From assembly GCA_023379265.1 (NCBI GenBank), contig JAMCUI010000013.1, positions 11,576 through 75,575 of the forward strand: 64,000 bases of DNA. The letters run 5' to 3'. The stretch's first letter is position 1, and each line of letters begins with the position of its first letter. Both the position numbers and the translations under genes were made by a program. The notes under the pieces are model-generated. The model ran no database searches. It saw only the letters and a program-made list of their open reading frames with translations, and was not told the origin of the DNA. This document shows, in pieces, positions 46,983 through 57,119 of the stretch. This DNA comes from Patescibacteria group bacterium (GTDB lineage: Bacteria; Patescibacteriota; Microgenomatia; 2-02-FULL-39-11).

Positions 46983-49976
46983 TTAATAGTCCTTAAATGT
47001 TTTACGGTAGGCTTTTAACAGCTTACCAACACTTGTATCAACAACATTAATCCCGTTTAATCCTTTTATTCTGAAAGTACCTCCTGAAACTATTTTGCCT
47101 ATTTGAGCAAAAGAACAACCTTGCATCAGCCTTTCAAAAATTTTTTGGTTTTTTGGGGAAACCGTGACCAATATTCTGCCCTGGCTTTCCGAATACAGAA
47201 TAAAATCATTACGGGAAGACTTAAAAAGGCTATGCATAAGGTTTACATCCACTCCAAGCATCCCTCCTATGGCAGTTTTCGCAAGCGCTACAGCAAGTCC
47301 CCCAATGCCCAAGCTCTGAGCCGAAGCAACCAGCCCCCTTCGTACACACTCAAAATATGATTTGTATAACCTCATATTTCTCCTCGCATCTACCCGAGGA
47401 ACGTTATTGCCAATGTCGTTCTTTTTAGCCCTTTCATTCATCATGATAAAATACTCGGATGCACCCAACTCGTCAGACGTTTCACCCAGAACATATACAA
47501 GATCACCTGTTGCTTTGGCATCAAGTGATACGGCAAACGTGACATCATTAATAATTCCCAGAGAACTTATTAAAAGCGTCGGAGGAATCGATATGTTTAC
47601 CTGGTTTCCTTTACTGTCAAAGCCGTGGAAGTCATTGAACATGCTATCCTTCCCTGAAATAAACGGTGTACCGTATGCTTTGGCAAGATCATAACACGCC
47701 TGGACTGCGCGTTTTAGCTCCCACAGCCTTTCCGGCTCATTTGAAGAACACCAGCAGAAATTATCCAAAAGGGCGATATTATTAGGATCAGCTCCGGCAG
47801 TCACACAATTTCTGACGGCGCAATCAAGCGAAGAAGCTGCCATATGGTATGTATCAATATCACTATATCGAGGATATAAACCCTGGCTTAATACAAGTCC
47901 CTTTTTAGAGCTTAAGAGCGGACGGGTTACTGACGCCTCTGCGTTAACCCTGCCTTTTCCCTGAAGTGGCCCCAATACAGAACCACCCAAAACCACATAG
48001 TCATATTGCTCGGATATAAATTCATAACTGGCGATATTCAACCGTCCTACCATTTCCAGAAGTGTGTTTGTAAGACCCCTTTTAATTGGAATTTTTGGTT
48101 CCTTATTATGCACAATCTTTTGAGAACTCTTCTGAATTCTTTTGGGCAGACCGTAATGCAAGAATGTCATATCCAAATCCATAACTGTTCTTCCACGGTA
48201 ATAAACAGTGCATTTACCCGAATTTGTAAATTCTCCGATAACAGTTGCTTCCACGCCTCTTCTTTCCATAAGTGAAGACAGTTTTTTCCATTTGTTTTTA
48301 GGAACTGCAAGAGTCATTCTTTCCTGGGATTCCGACAACCAGATTTCCCAAGGGGCAAGACCCGGATATTTTAAAGGAACTTTTTCTAGTTCCACCATAC
48401 ATCCTCCCGCCTCTTTGGCCATTTCAGCTACCGAACTGGATAGTCCTCCGGCACCGTTATCAGTAATACTGTCATAAAGAAGCATTTCTCTTGCTTCACG
48501 GACCATAACGTCACTTAATTTCTTCTGTGTAATCGGATCACCTATTTGGACTGCCGTTGCCGGACTGCCTTCATTCAGGGATTCGGAGGAAAACGTGGCA
48601 CCGTGAATCCCGTCTTTTCCCACCCTCCCCCCTGCCATCACTATATAGTCTCCAGGCTTTGCATGTTTCTTCCATGCCATCTTATTTTTTATTTTTTTGG
48701 GGATAAGACCGACTGTTCCGACAAATACGAGCGGTTTTCCCCTATACTTTTCGTCAAAAAAAACAAAGCCCTGAGGAGTGGGGATACCGGACTGATTGCC
48801 GCCGGCGTTCACTCCTTCAACCACACCATCCAATATCCTCCTGCTGGATAAAATCCTCTGCTTTTTCTTGGGGCCTTTAAATAGAGTAATATCAATCCTG
48901 GGGTCGGCAAAACAATACCCGTAAAAATTGGCGACCGGTTTGGCTCCCAAGCCAAAACCAAGCGTGTCGCGGTTTACGCCGACAATCCCTGTTATGGCTC
49001 CGCCAAACGGATCAAGGGCAGATGGACTATTATGAGTTTCTACTTTGTGAGTAATAAGAAAATCGTGGTCAAAGGCAATCGCTCCGGAATTATCTGAAAA
49101 AACAGAAACGCAAAAATCCTTTTTTCCCTTTTTGCGCCTGATCTCTTCTGTTGCGCGCTTGATATAGGATTTGAACAATCCTTCCTTCAAATCATCAAGA
49201 GGGTCGGCGAAAATTGTATGTTTGCAATGTTCAGACCAGGTTTGTCCTAATGATTCTAATTCTACATCGGTTGGTTTCCGGCCGGTTTTACGGAAATATT
49301 TTTGGATAGTCTTCATGAAATATAAATCAAGAGCAAGGGGACCACGTCTTGTTCCATCAGGATTGGCGATTCCTTTCTTCCCGATTTCGGCGAGCTTATC
49401 ATCGGAAATCTCAAGACTTACTTCTTCTACCTTTGTACCTGAATTTTCCAACCTGACAACTGGGACTACCGTATCCATACCACCATCATTAGTGTATTGT
49501 CTGTAACTTTTCAGGTGAACTCTCTGTATAAGTGGATTGTAAAGCGATGAAGCGATTTTTTCTATCTGTAAAGGAGTAAGTTTTCCCAGGATATAGGTTG
49601 ACTGGGAAGTATATATATTTTCACCTGAGGAAAAAGAGATTTTGAGAAGGTCTTCAATAATTTCTTTAGCGGTTCTGGCTATATTATCAGTCACGCCAGG
49701 TAAAAAACCTACCTCAATTACCCAGTCGAATTTTCCAAGAATCTTGGCTTTATTAAATTTTTTGTGGCTAAGCACAGCATACTGGCTTAGAGGATTTGCC
49801 AATGCTTCTCCCGCTTTCTGAAATTGGTTTTGGGTCAAATTCTTATCAACAGTGTAGACATCGACTATTTGTATATTTTTGATAGAGTAACCATCAAATC
49901 CCTGTCTTAACTTATTTAACCTAACTTTCTCCCTTGCGTCGGGAATTGCCTCAAAGATTTCAATTCTTCTTGCCAT
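46983..49976 (-). CDS. purL: FGAM synthase PurL with N-terminal PurS-like domains
   Basis: PGVTD/NPLIQ N-terminal region, WSEHCKH, KVETHNSPSA, DGIHGAT, SESQERM, SGKDS. Confidence 0.96.
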   Translation of the reverse strand: MARRIEIFEAIPDAREKVRLNKLRQGFDGYSIKNIQIVDVYTVDKNLTQNQFQKAGEALANPLSQYAVLSHKKFNKAKILGKFDWVIEVGFLPGVTDNIARTAKEIIEDLLKISFSSGENIYTSQSTYILGKLTPLQIEKIASSLYNPLIQRVHLKSYRQYTNDGGMDTVVPVVRLENSGTKVEEVSLEISDDKLAEIGKKGIANPDGTRRGPLALDLYFMKTIQKYFRKTGRKPTDVELESLGQTWSEHCKHTIFADPLDDLKEGLFKSYIKRATEEIRRKKGKKDFCVSVFSDNSGAIAFDHDFLITHKVETHNSPSALDPFGGAITGIVGVNRDTLGFGLGAKPVANFYGYCFADPRIDITLFKGPKKKQRILSSRRILDGVVEGVNAGGNQSGIPTPQGFVFFDEKYRGKPLVFVGTVGLIPKKIKNKMAWKKHAKPGDYIVMAGGRVGKDGIHGATFSSESLNEGSPATAVQIGDPITQKKLSDVMVREAREMLLYDSITDNGAGGLSSSVAEMAKEAGGCMVELEKVPLKYPGLAPWEIWLSESQERMTLAVPKNKWKKLSSLMERRGVEATVIGEFTNSGKCTVYYRGRTVMDLDMTFLHYGLPKRIQKSSQKIVHNKEPKIPIKRGLTNTLLEMVGRLNIASYEFISEQYDYVVLGGSVLGPLQGKGRVNAEASVTRPLLSSKKGLVLSQGLYPRYSDIDTYHMAASSLDCAVRNCVTAGADPNNIALLDNFCWCSSNEPERLWELKRAVQACYDLAKAYGTPFISGKDSMFNDFHGFDSKGNQVNISIPPTLLISSLGIINDVTFAVSLDAKATGDLVYVLGETSDELGASEYFIMMNERAKKNDIGNNVPRVDARRNMRLYKSYFECVRRGLVASAQSLGIGGLAVALAKTAIGGMLGVDVNLMHSLFKSSRNDFILYSESQGRILVTVSPKNQKIFERLMQGCSFAQIGKIVSGGTFRIKGLNGINVVDTSVGKLLKAYRKTFKDY

Positions 49977-49982
49977 GAAAAT

Positions 49983-50008
49983 AAAAAAGCGCTCTTTTGT
50001 GAGCGCTT
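49983..50008 (-). terminator. Intrinsic terminator immediately upstream of purL
   Basis: Minus strand AAGCGCTC-ACAAAA-GAGCGCTT-TTTTATTTTC-ATG. Confidence 0.75.
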
Positions 50009-50009
50009 C

Positions 50010-50093
50010 TCAATTATTTTTAAGAACCACTATCATGTTGGAAAATTTCATCTCTGTCAGCAATATCTTTTTCCTATTCAAAAGTAAATACAT
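50010..50093 (-). CDS. Possible leader peptide (27 aa)
   Basis: AGGAAG-ATG, MYLLLNRKKILLTEMKFSNMIVVLKNN*, stop directly before the terminator stem. Confidence 0.3.
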   Translation of the reverse strand: MYLLLNRKKILLTEMKFSNMIVVLKNN

Positions 50094-50151
50094 CTTCCTA
50101 TAGATTAAGAATTCAATACTCTCTAATTTCTTATGGCAATTACCTAAATAA

Positions 50152-51807
50152 TCATTTGCTAATACAAGCTGATATAAATTCCAAAAATAGCGGATGCGGA
50201 TTTAACGGCCTGGCCTTAAACTCCGGATGGAACTGTGTTCCCACGAAAAAAGGATGGTCGGAAAGTTCTATAGCCTCAACCAGCAATCCGTCCGGCGAAA
50301 CTCCTGAAAAAACCATCCCATTTTTCTCGAATATTTTTTTATACTTATTGTTAAACTCATATCTATGCCTATGGCGTTCTTCCACCTCAGGCAGCTTATA
50401 TTGCGTATTTACTCCCAGTTTTGTCCATTTATTGTATGCTTCATATATGAGTGATCCTTTTTTGAGGACACAGGGCCAAGCACCGAGCCTCATGGTACCT
50501 CCATACTGTCTTTTGGCTAAATAATCTTTTTGATTTGGCATAATATGTATTACCGGATTTTTGGTTTTAGGATCTGCCTCTTCAGTGTTTGCTTCCTGCA
50601 GCTTACACATATTTCGGGCAAATTCTATAGCTGCCAGCTGCATTCCGAAACATAATCCTAAATAGGGGATTTTATGTTTCCTTGCATAAGAAGCAGTCTT
50701 TATTTTTCCCTCTATTCCGCGGCTTCCCCATCCTTGGGGCACTATAAGTCCGTCAAACCCTGACAGTACAGCGTCTTCCCCTTTTTTCTCCACATCAAGG
50801 GAATCGATCCAAATAATCTCCGGTTCTATACCATTCCACCATGATGCCTGCTTTACCGCTTCAATTACACAAACGTATGAATCTTCCAGAGAAAAATCTC
50901 CGCTCCTGAAATATTTTCCTACTATACCTATTTTTAACTTTTTCCTTGAGCTCAATATCTTTTGGATAAAAAGATGCCACTTTGACAGATCAGATGAACG
51001 CCTTTGTAGACCCAATTTATCCAGAATCCTGTCCGTTATTCCTTGATTCTCCAGGTACTCAGGAACTTGGTAAATGGTAGGCAGGTCAGGATTTGAGAAA
51101 ACATCGTTTATATCAATTGAACAAAATGTAGCAATTTTTTCCTTCCTGGCGCGATCCACTTCTTTGACAGCCCTTCCAATTATGATGTCAGGAGTCACGC
51201 CAGCCATATGCATAAGCTGTACCGATGTTTGAACCGGCTTTGATTTGAGCTCTCCTAACGAAGGAGGAAGAGGCAAATAAGCAACATGAATATTGAGAAC
51301 GTCTTTAGGATTACTGAGGGCTAATTCTCGCGCTGCTTCAAGAAACATGGCATTCTGGTATTCTCCTACTGTACCGCCGATTTCCAATATGACAAAATCA
51401 GCCTTGGACTTAGTCGCCAAAGCCTTTAGACGTCTTATAATTTCTCTGGGTATATGCGGTATTGTTTCTACGCAGACGCCTTCATATTCAAGTCTACGTT
51501 CTCTTTCTATTACGGATAGGTATACCTGACCAGCTGTCATATAATTCAGTTTTGTCAGGTTCTCATCAATGAATCTTTCGTAATGCCCTAAATCCTGATC
51601 TGTTTCCAAGCCGTCTTCTGTTACGAACGTTTCTCCGTGTATTATAGGATTCATTGTGCCCGCGTCCAGATTTAGGTATGGATCAGCTTTTATGGGAGAG
51701 ACTTTGAAACCTGCGGATTTTAGAAGAATTGCAATTGAGGCGGCGGTAATACCTTTTCCTAATCCTGATATTACACCTCCTGATACAAATATATATTTGG
51801 TCGGCAT
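50152..51807 (-). CDS. pyrG: CTP synthase
   Basis: GGVISGLGKG, DPYLNLDAGTM, GLCFGMQ, ERHRHRYE, QFHPEF. Confidence 0.98.
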   Translation of the reverse strand: MPTKYIFVSGGVISGLGKGITAASIAILLKSAGFKVSPIKADPYLNLDAGTMNPIIHGETFVTEDGLETDQDLGHYERFIDENLTKLNYMTAGQVYLSVIERERRLEYEGVCVETIPHIPREIIRRLKALATKSKADFVILEIGGTVGEYQNAMFLEAARELALSNPKDVLNIHVAYLPLPPSLGELKSKPVQTSVQLMHMAGVTPDIIIGRAVKEVDRARKEKIATFCSIDINDVFSNPDLPTIYQVPEYLENQGITDRILDKLGLQRRSSDLSKWHLFIQKILSSRKKLKIGIVGKYFRSGDFSLEDSYVCVIEAVKQASWWNGIEPEIIWIDSLDVEKKGEDAVLSGFDGLIVPQGWGSRGIEGKIKTASYARKHKIPYLGLCFGMQLAAIEFARNMCKLQEANTEEADPKTKNPVIHIMPNQKDYLAKRQYGGTMRLGAWPCVLKKGSLIYEAYNKWTKLGVNTQYKLPEVEERHRHRYEFNNKYKKIFEKNGMVFSGVSPDGLLVEAIELSDHPFFVGTQFHPEFKARPLNPHPLFLEFISACISK

Positions 51808-51882
51808 GTTTTAAGATACCAGAAAAATATGCGAACTGTCAACTGGGAAATTGTGTATTTATTCTTTTTGAGACGACTTCTA

Positions 51883-52557
51883 TCATAGTCCCATTTTCCC
51901 TGCCCACGCGGGAGGATTCTCAAACCACAAATCTACTTTTTCTTTTTCCGCTTTCTTCAAATAACCCATAGAAAAAGCAGTCTCCACAATAATTTTCCCT
52001 GTTGTTAAAGCCAAAAGTGACACCTTATTTGCGGCCAAAGTCTCCTGTGATTTTCTAGTTTCATATGTAGTTGTCGCAATACAGAAATCCACTTTACCTC
52101 CCAACTCTCTTATTGATTGAACATTACCAGCCACACTTTCGGCTGTTGAGATATGGTCTTCCACAATCAGCGCTTTTGCTCCCTTTTTTACGAAACCTTC
52201 AACTTTATTACCCTTCCCGTACGACTTTGTTGACGGACGGACAAAAACCATTGGCAATCCCAACCTGTCCGCCACCCATGCACCCTGAGGAATTGCTGCT
52301 GTTGCTGTAGCAGATATCCACTCAACATTTTTTAGGCTGATCTTTTCTTTTATGACCTGTATGTAAAAATCGATTATTTGATTGCGGACCGACGGATAAG
52401 ACATGACCAACCTGTTATCAAGATAAATTGGACTTTTCAATCCGGATGTAAATGTATAAGGCGGATCAAATCTGAAAGTTACCGCATTGATTTTCAAAAG
52501 GCATTTTGCTACCTCTTCTGCGATATCTGTATTTTTTATATTTTGAGATAAATTCAT
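51883..52557 (-). CDS. pyrE: Orotate phosphoribosyltransferase
   Basis: SGLKSPIYLDNR, KSYG, IVEDHIST. Confidence 0.95.
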   Translation of the reverse strand: MNLSQNIKNTDIAEEVAKCLLKINAVTFRFDPPYTFTSGLKSPIYLDNRLVMSYPSVRNQIIDFYIQVIKEKISLKNVEWISATATAAIPQGAWVADRLGLPMVFVRPSTKSYGKGNKVEGFVKKGAKALIVEDHISTAESVAGNVQSIRELGGKVDFCIATTTYETRKSQETLAANKVSLLALTTGKIIVETAFSMGYLKKAEKEKVDLWFENPPAWAGKMGL

Positions 52558-52568
52558 ATTTTCTCCTT

Positions 52569-53393
52569 TCAATTTTTACGGTATAAATTAATCTCATCTT
52601 TTAGTTTCTTCGCCTCTTTTTGAGCCGCCAATGCGAAATCATCTCCTTCTGAGGCAAAAATTATGCCTCTTGAAGAGTTTATGATAGCATTTCCACCATC
52701 ATTATCTACTCCTGCCTTTACGGTCTTTTCCACATCGCCTCCTTGTGCTCCTATTCCCGGAATTAAGATCGGCATATTACCCACAATATGTCGTACAATA
52801 TCCAACTCAGCAGGGTAGGTAGCACCTACGACAATCCCACAATTACCACTGCTGTTCCAATCTGACGAAACTTTTTGTGCCACGATCTCAAATAACTTTT
52901 TACCTAAAAAAGTTAAATCCTGGAATTCGCCTGCCCCGGGGTTTGATGTCCGGCATAATATAAATATGCCTTTTTCTTTCCTTTCCAGGAAAGGTTTTAG
53001 GGATTCGCCACCCAAATAAGGATGTAGAGTTACCGCATCAGCCCCGTAATAGTCAAAGACGTATTTGACATATCCGGTGTTGGTGTTGCCTATATCTGCT
53101 CTCTTGGCATCCAGGATTATGGGAATATCCTTATAACTAGATTTTAAGTAGTCGATTGTATTTTTCAGCGAAACTAATCCTTCAGGCCCTTGTGCCTCAT
53201 AAAAAGCGATATTTGGTTTATAAGCGCAAACAAAATCTGAAGTCGCATCAATAATGGCTTTATTAAATTCGAATTGAGGTTTATCCCGCTTTCTTATAAA
53301 AAGAGGTATTTTGTTAAAATCTGTATCCAACCCGATACAAAGCAGGCTTTTGTTTTTTTTAGATATAAAGTTTAATCTGGATTGAAAGTTCAT
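52569..53393 (-). CDS. pyrF: Orotidine-5'-phosphate decarboxylase
   Basis: LCIGLD, YKPNIAFYE, DAKRADIGNT, VGATYP, PGIGAQGG, NSSRGI. Confidence 0.97.
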   Translation of the reverse strand: MNFQSRLNFISKKNKSLLCIGLDTDFNKIPLFIRKRDKPQFEFNKAIIDATSDFVCAYKPNIAFYEAQGPEGLVSLKNTIDYLKSSYKDIPIILDAKRADIGNTNTGYVKYVFDYYGADAVTLHPYLGGESLKPFLERKEKGIFILCRTSNPGAGEFQDLTFLGKKLFEIVAQKVSSDWNSSGNCGIVVGATYPAELDIVRHIVGNMPILIPGIGAQGGDVEKTVKAGVDNDGGNAIINSSRGIIFASEGDDFALAAQKEAKKLKDEINLYRKN

Positions 53394-53554
53394 TTGTTTG
53401 AAAAAAGGAGAAATATGCCAAATGCCGAAAATAAAAGACCTAATACAGTATTCTTTGTAAAAAAGGGGTCTTTCAGATTGGAAGCCAGCTTTCTGAAAAC
53501 ATCAGATACCCCGACTATGCCTATGGCTGCAATAGCATACAAAACCCGACTCAT
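53390..53554 (-). pseudogene. Two-TM mini ORF, probable internally deleted DMT/EamA-like transporter remnant
   Basis: First TM + DVFRKLA joined directly to a terminal TM (T..TVLGLLFSAFGIFLL); coupled to pyrD and pyrF. Confidence 0.4.
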
Positions 53555-53555
53555 A

Positions 53556-54476
53556 TCAAAAATGCGCTGCTCCAACCAGTTCAGCTAAGCCTTTAATATT
53601 CTTCTTTGCCATAAAACTAGATAAACCATTCTTTAACTCGTCGTATACTTTCATCCCTTTAAGATATGTTGCCGTACCGACTCCCACGAGTGTTGCTCCC
53701 GCCATCACCACTTCCACCACATCCTGCCATTTAGAAATCCCACCCATACCTATAATGGGTATCTTCACCGCTTCATAGATTTCGTAAATACATCTTACGG
53801 TTACTGGTAATATTCCAGGCCCGGACACTCCTCCTTTTTTGGCTCCAAGCACCGGTTTTCTTTTTTCTATATCTATAATCATTCCAGGCCCGACGGTGTT
53901 TATGGCTACAATCCCATCAGCACCTGAGTCCTCACAGTTCTTGGCAATATCCGCAATATCATTCACGTTTGGAGATAATTTTGCCAATACCGGAATTTTT
54001 TCAGATATCTTTTTCACCTGTTTCACTATTTTCCCTGCTGCTCCTTTCTCCATTCCCAACGGCTTACCAAATTCATCATCTACATTTGGACATGAGAGGT
54101 TTAATTCAATAAACTGTGGACTTAGCGGGACAATTTTTTCCACCAGATAAAGGAATTCCTTTACCTTTGTGGCAAAAAGGCTGACAATAACAGGAGTATT
54201 CTTATTGCTTTTTAGAAATTCTCCTATCTCACGGCTTCCATCTTCAATGCCTGCGTTTCGAAGTCCCACGGAATTTATCATGCCGCAATCGTACTTCCAG
54301 ACACGGGGTAAAGGATTACCTTCCCTTTTTTCAAAAGTTAACGATTTTAGCGTCACCCCTCCAACTCCTGCTTCAATTGCCCGCCTATGCTCGGGAATTT
54401 CTGTTATTATTCCAGAAGGAAGAATGAATGGATTATTGAAATTTACGTTGCAGTATTTGACATTGAGGTTGTCCAT
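53556..54476 (-). CDS. pyrD: Dihydroorotate dehydrogenase, class 1 catalytic subunit
   Basis: TLKS, GNPLPR, NSVGLRNAG, ELNLSCPN, KLSPN, INT, GGVSGP. Confidence 0.95.
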   Translation of the reverse strand: MDNLNVKYCNVNFNNPFILPSGIITEIPEHRRAIEAGVGGVTLKSLTFEKREGNPLPRVWKYDCGMINSVGLRNAGIEDGSREIGEFLKSNKNTPVIVSLFATKVKEFLYLVEKIVPLSPQFIELNLSCPNVDDEFGKPLGMEKGAAGKIVKQVKKISEKIPVLAKLSPNVNDIADIAKNCEDSGADGIVAINTVGPGMIIDIEKRKPVLGAKKGGVSGPGILPVTVRCIYEIYEAVKIPIIGMGGISKWQDVVEVVMAGATLVGVGTATYLKGMKVYDELKNGLSSFMAKKNIKGLAELVGAAHF

Positions 54477-54562
54477 ATTCGCAAATAATGTAACACAACT
54501 AAAGGATTTAGACAATAAGGGTATTAATTGACAAAATTGATATTTACCATATGATAAGTGCT

Positions 54563-55984
54563 ATGAATAAATGGCGAAACGAATCAGATTCACTAGGTAA
54601 ATTAAAAATCCCCACAAATGCTTACTGGGGAATACATACTCAAAGGGCTATAACAAACTTTCCCTTCGCGAGTGTCAAACAGCATTCTGAATATATTTTA
54701 GCGACTGTAATAATAAAAAGAGCTGCAGCCGCAATAAACAATAAATTGGGAATTATATCCAACAAGAAAAGTTTGGCGATTATAAATGCATGTGATGAAA
54801 TTTTAGCCGGAAAATTTTCTGATCAATTCGTAGTAAATCCCTATCAGGCAGGAGCAGGAACTTCTCACAATATGAATGTGAATGAAGTGATCGCCAACCG
54901 CGCCAACCAGATTTTGGGAGCACCTTTGGGCAGTTATCGCTTCATAAATCCCAATGACGACATCAACATGTCACAGTCCACCAATGATGTAATTCCCTCA
55001 GCCATAAGAATTTCCACTCTTATGATCCTGCCAAAGTTTTTTGAATCGCTCAAAGCGCTTGTCGAAAGTCTTGGAGAGAAATCAAAAGAATTTTCCCATT
55101 TTATAAAGTCTGGTCGTACGCATCTTAGAGACGCTCTTCCGATCACATTAGGGCAGGAATTTAAGTCTTATGCCAAAGCCCTAGACAACGATAGAAATAG
55201 GATCCTAAAAGCAGAAAAAAATCTTTACCTGATAGGTATAGGAGGAACTGCTGTAGGCACAGGGATAAACTCTCACCCCCAATACCATAAACTTATGGTT
55301 AAGGAACTTACGAGATTAACAGATTTGGACCTGAAATCGTCCGGGAACCTTTTTGAATCAGCCAATAATACAGCTGATTTTCTTGACCTTTCAGGATCAC
55401 TAAAAATTCTAGCGCATACTCTTGTTCGTGTCGGCAATGATCTGCGTTTACTTTCTTCTGGCCCCAGAACTGGGTTATCTGAGATAGCATTACCTCCGGT
55501 ACAGGCTGGTTCATCAATAATGCCGGGCAAAATAAACCCTTCGGTTATCGAAATGCTATCGATGGTCTGTTTTCAGGTAATCGGCTATGACCAGGCAATA
55601 CTCCTTTCCTCAATTTCAGGTCAATTGGAACTAAATGTCATGCTGCCTCTTATTGCTTTTGACCTTCTTGACGGCATCAAAATTCTGACCCGCGCCATTG
55701 AAATATTTGATAAAAGATGTACCAGAAATATAAAAGCAAATAGGAGTATGTGCCGATACTGGCTAGAGACAAGCTCGGGAATTGCAGCAGTTCTCAACCC
55801 GTATATAGGCTATGATAAAACGGCAAAATTAGTACAAAAATCACTAGAAACCGGAAAGACAGTAAAGCAGTTGACAATAGAATCAGGCTATATTTCTAAA
55901 CAGTTGGCTGGAGAGATATTTAATATAAGAAATATGACCGGACCCAATATTAAATCACAAATCCAAACAAATGAAAAAAAATAA
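54563..55984 (+). CDS. aspA: Aspartate ammonia-lyase / class II fumarase family, AspA-like
   Basis: QAGAGTSHNMNVNEVIANRA, SQSTND, GRTHL, QAGSSIMPGKINP; motifs favour AspA over FumC. Confidence 0.7.
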   Translation: MNKWRNESDSLGKLKIPTNAYWGIHTQRAITNFPFASVKQHSEYILATVIIKRAAAAINNKLGIISNKKSLAIINACDEILAGKFSDQFVVNPYQAGAGTSHNMNVNEVIANRANQILGAPLGSYRFINPNDDINMSQSTNDVIPSAIRISTLMILPKFFESLKALVESLGEKSKEFSHFIKSGRTHLRDALPITLGQEFKSYAKALDNDRNRILKAEKNLYLIGIGGTAVGTGINSHPQYHKLMVKELTRLTDLDLKSSGNLFESANNTADFLDLSGSLKILAHTLVRVGNDLRLLSSGPRTGLSEIALPPVQAGSSIMPGKINPSVIEMLSMVCFQVIGYDQAILLSSISGQLELNVMLPLIAFDLLDGIKILTRAIEIFDKRCTRNIKANRSMCRYWLETSSGIAAVLNPYIGYDKTAKLVQKSLETGKTVKQLTIESGYISKQLAGEIFNIRNMTGPNIKSQIQTNEKK

Positions 55985-57119
55985 ATACAATGAACCTCTA
56001 CAGCTTCATCGGAAATTAAGGGGAAAACTCCTTGTAAAATCAAAAATAAGAATTAAAACTCGCAGTATACTATCCAAAGTATATACTCCGGGTGTGGCAC
56101 AAGCTGTCAAAAGAATAGCCCAAAATTCTACAGATCTTTTTGATCTCACCATAAAATCAAACACTGTAGCAGTTATTTCTGATGGATCAGCTGTTCTGGG
56201 TTTGGGAAATGTAGGCGCTGAAGCGGCGTTACCTGTAATGGAAGGAAAATGTGCCATCTTTCGCGAGTTTGCCGGTATAAATGCCTTTCCGATTTGCCTT
56301 AATACACAAAATTCCAACGAAATAGTTGATACGATAAAGAATATATCCCCAGTTTTCGGTGCGATAAATCTTGAAGATATTTCAGCGCCGCGCTGTTTTG
56401 AAATAGAAGAAAAATTGAAGATTCTTAACATCCCGGTTATGCATGATGACCAGCATGCCACGGCAATTGTCGTTCTGGCGGGTCTAATCAATTCGGCGAA
56501 AATTGTGAATAAGGACCTTAAGTCATGTAAAATAGTAATTAACGGAGTCGGGGCCGCAGGTTGTGCAATTGCCAAATTATTAAACTTCTATGGTATTTAC
56601 AATCTTATACTTGTTGACAGCCGGGGAATTATAAATAAAAAAAGAAATGATTTGCTTCCGTATAAGAAGGACCTTTTAAATATCTCTAACCCCAATAACA
56701 TTGATGGTGACTTGCTTAAAGCAGCAAAATCTTCCGATATTTTAATCGGAGTATCACAAAAAGACTTATTTACCTCAAATATAATTAAATCTATGGCACT
56801 AAACAGTATTGTATTTGCCCTGGCAAACCCGGACCCTGAAGTGTCGAGGAAAAATGCACAAAAATGGGGTATCTCTATATATGCAAACGGTCGCTCCGAT
56901 TGCAGAAACCAGATAAACAATGCGCTTGTTTTCCCGGGATTTTTCAAGGGACTCCTAAAATCTAAATCCCGTAAAGTGACAAATATGATGAAGGTTGCCG
57001 CCGCCCAAACACTTGCTTCCTTGATTCCTCACCCCACCGCTAACCGTTTTATTCCTTCCATTTTTGACAAAAGGGTCGTACCAGTACTTGAAAAAAGCGT
57101 AATTCAATCATCCATTTGA
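55971..57119 (+). CDS. NAD(P)-dependent malic enzyme (short type)
   Basis: YTPGVA, DGSAVLGLGN, PVMEGK, NLEDISAPRCF, HDDQH, NQINN..FPG. Confidence 0.93.
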   Translation: MKKNKYNEPLQLHRKLRGKLLVKSKIRIKTRSILSKVYTPGVAQAVKRIAQNSTDLFDLTIKSNTVAVISDGSAVLGLGNVGAEAALPVMEGKCAIFREFAGINAFPICLNTQNSNEIVDTIKNISPVFGAINLEDISAPRCFEIEEKLKILNIPVMHDDQHATAIVVLAGLINSAKIVNKDLKSCKIVINGVGAAGCAIAKLLNFYGIYNLILVDSRGIINKKRNDLLPYKKDLLNISNPNNIDGDLLKAAKSSDILIGVSQKDLFTSNIIKSMALNSIVFALANPDPEVSRKNAQKWGISIYANGRSDCRNQINNALVFPGFFKGLLKSKSRKVTNMMKVAAAQTLASLIPHPTANRFIPSIFDKRVVPVLEKSVIQSSI

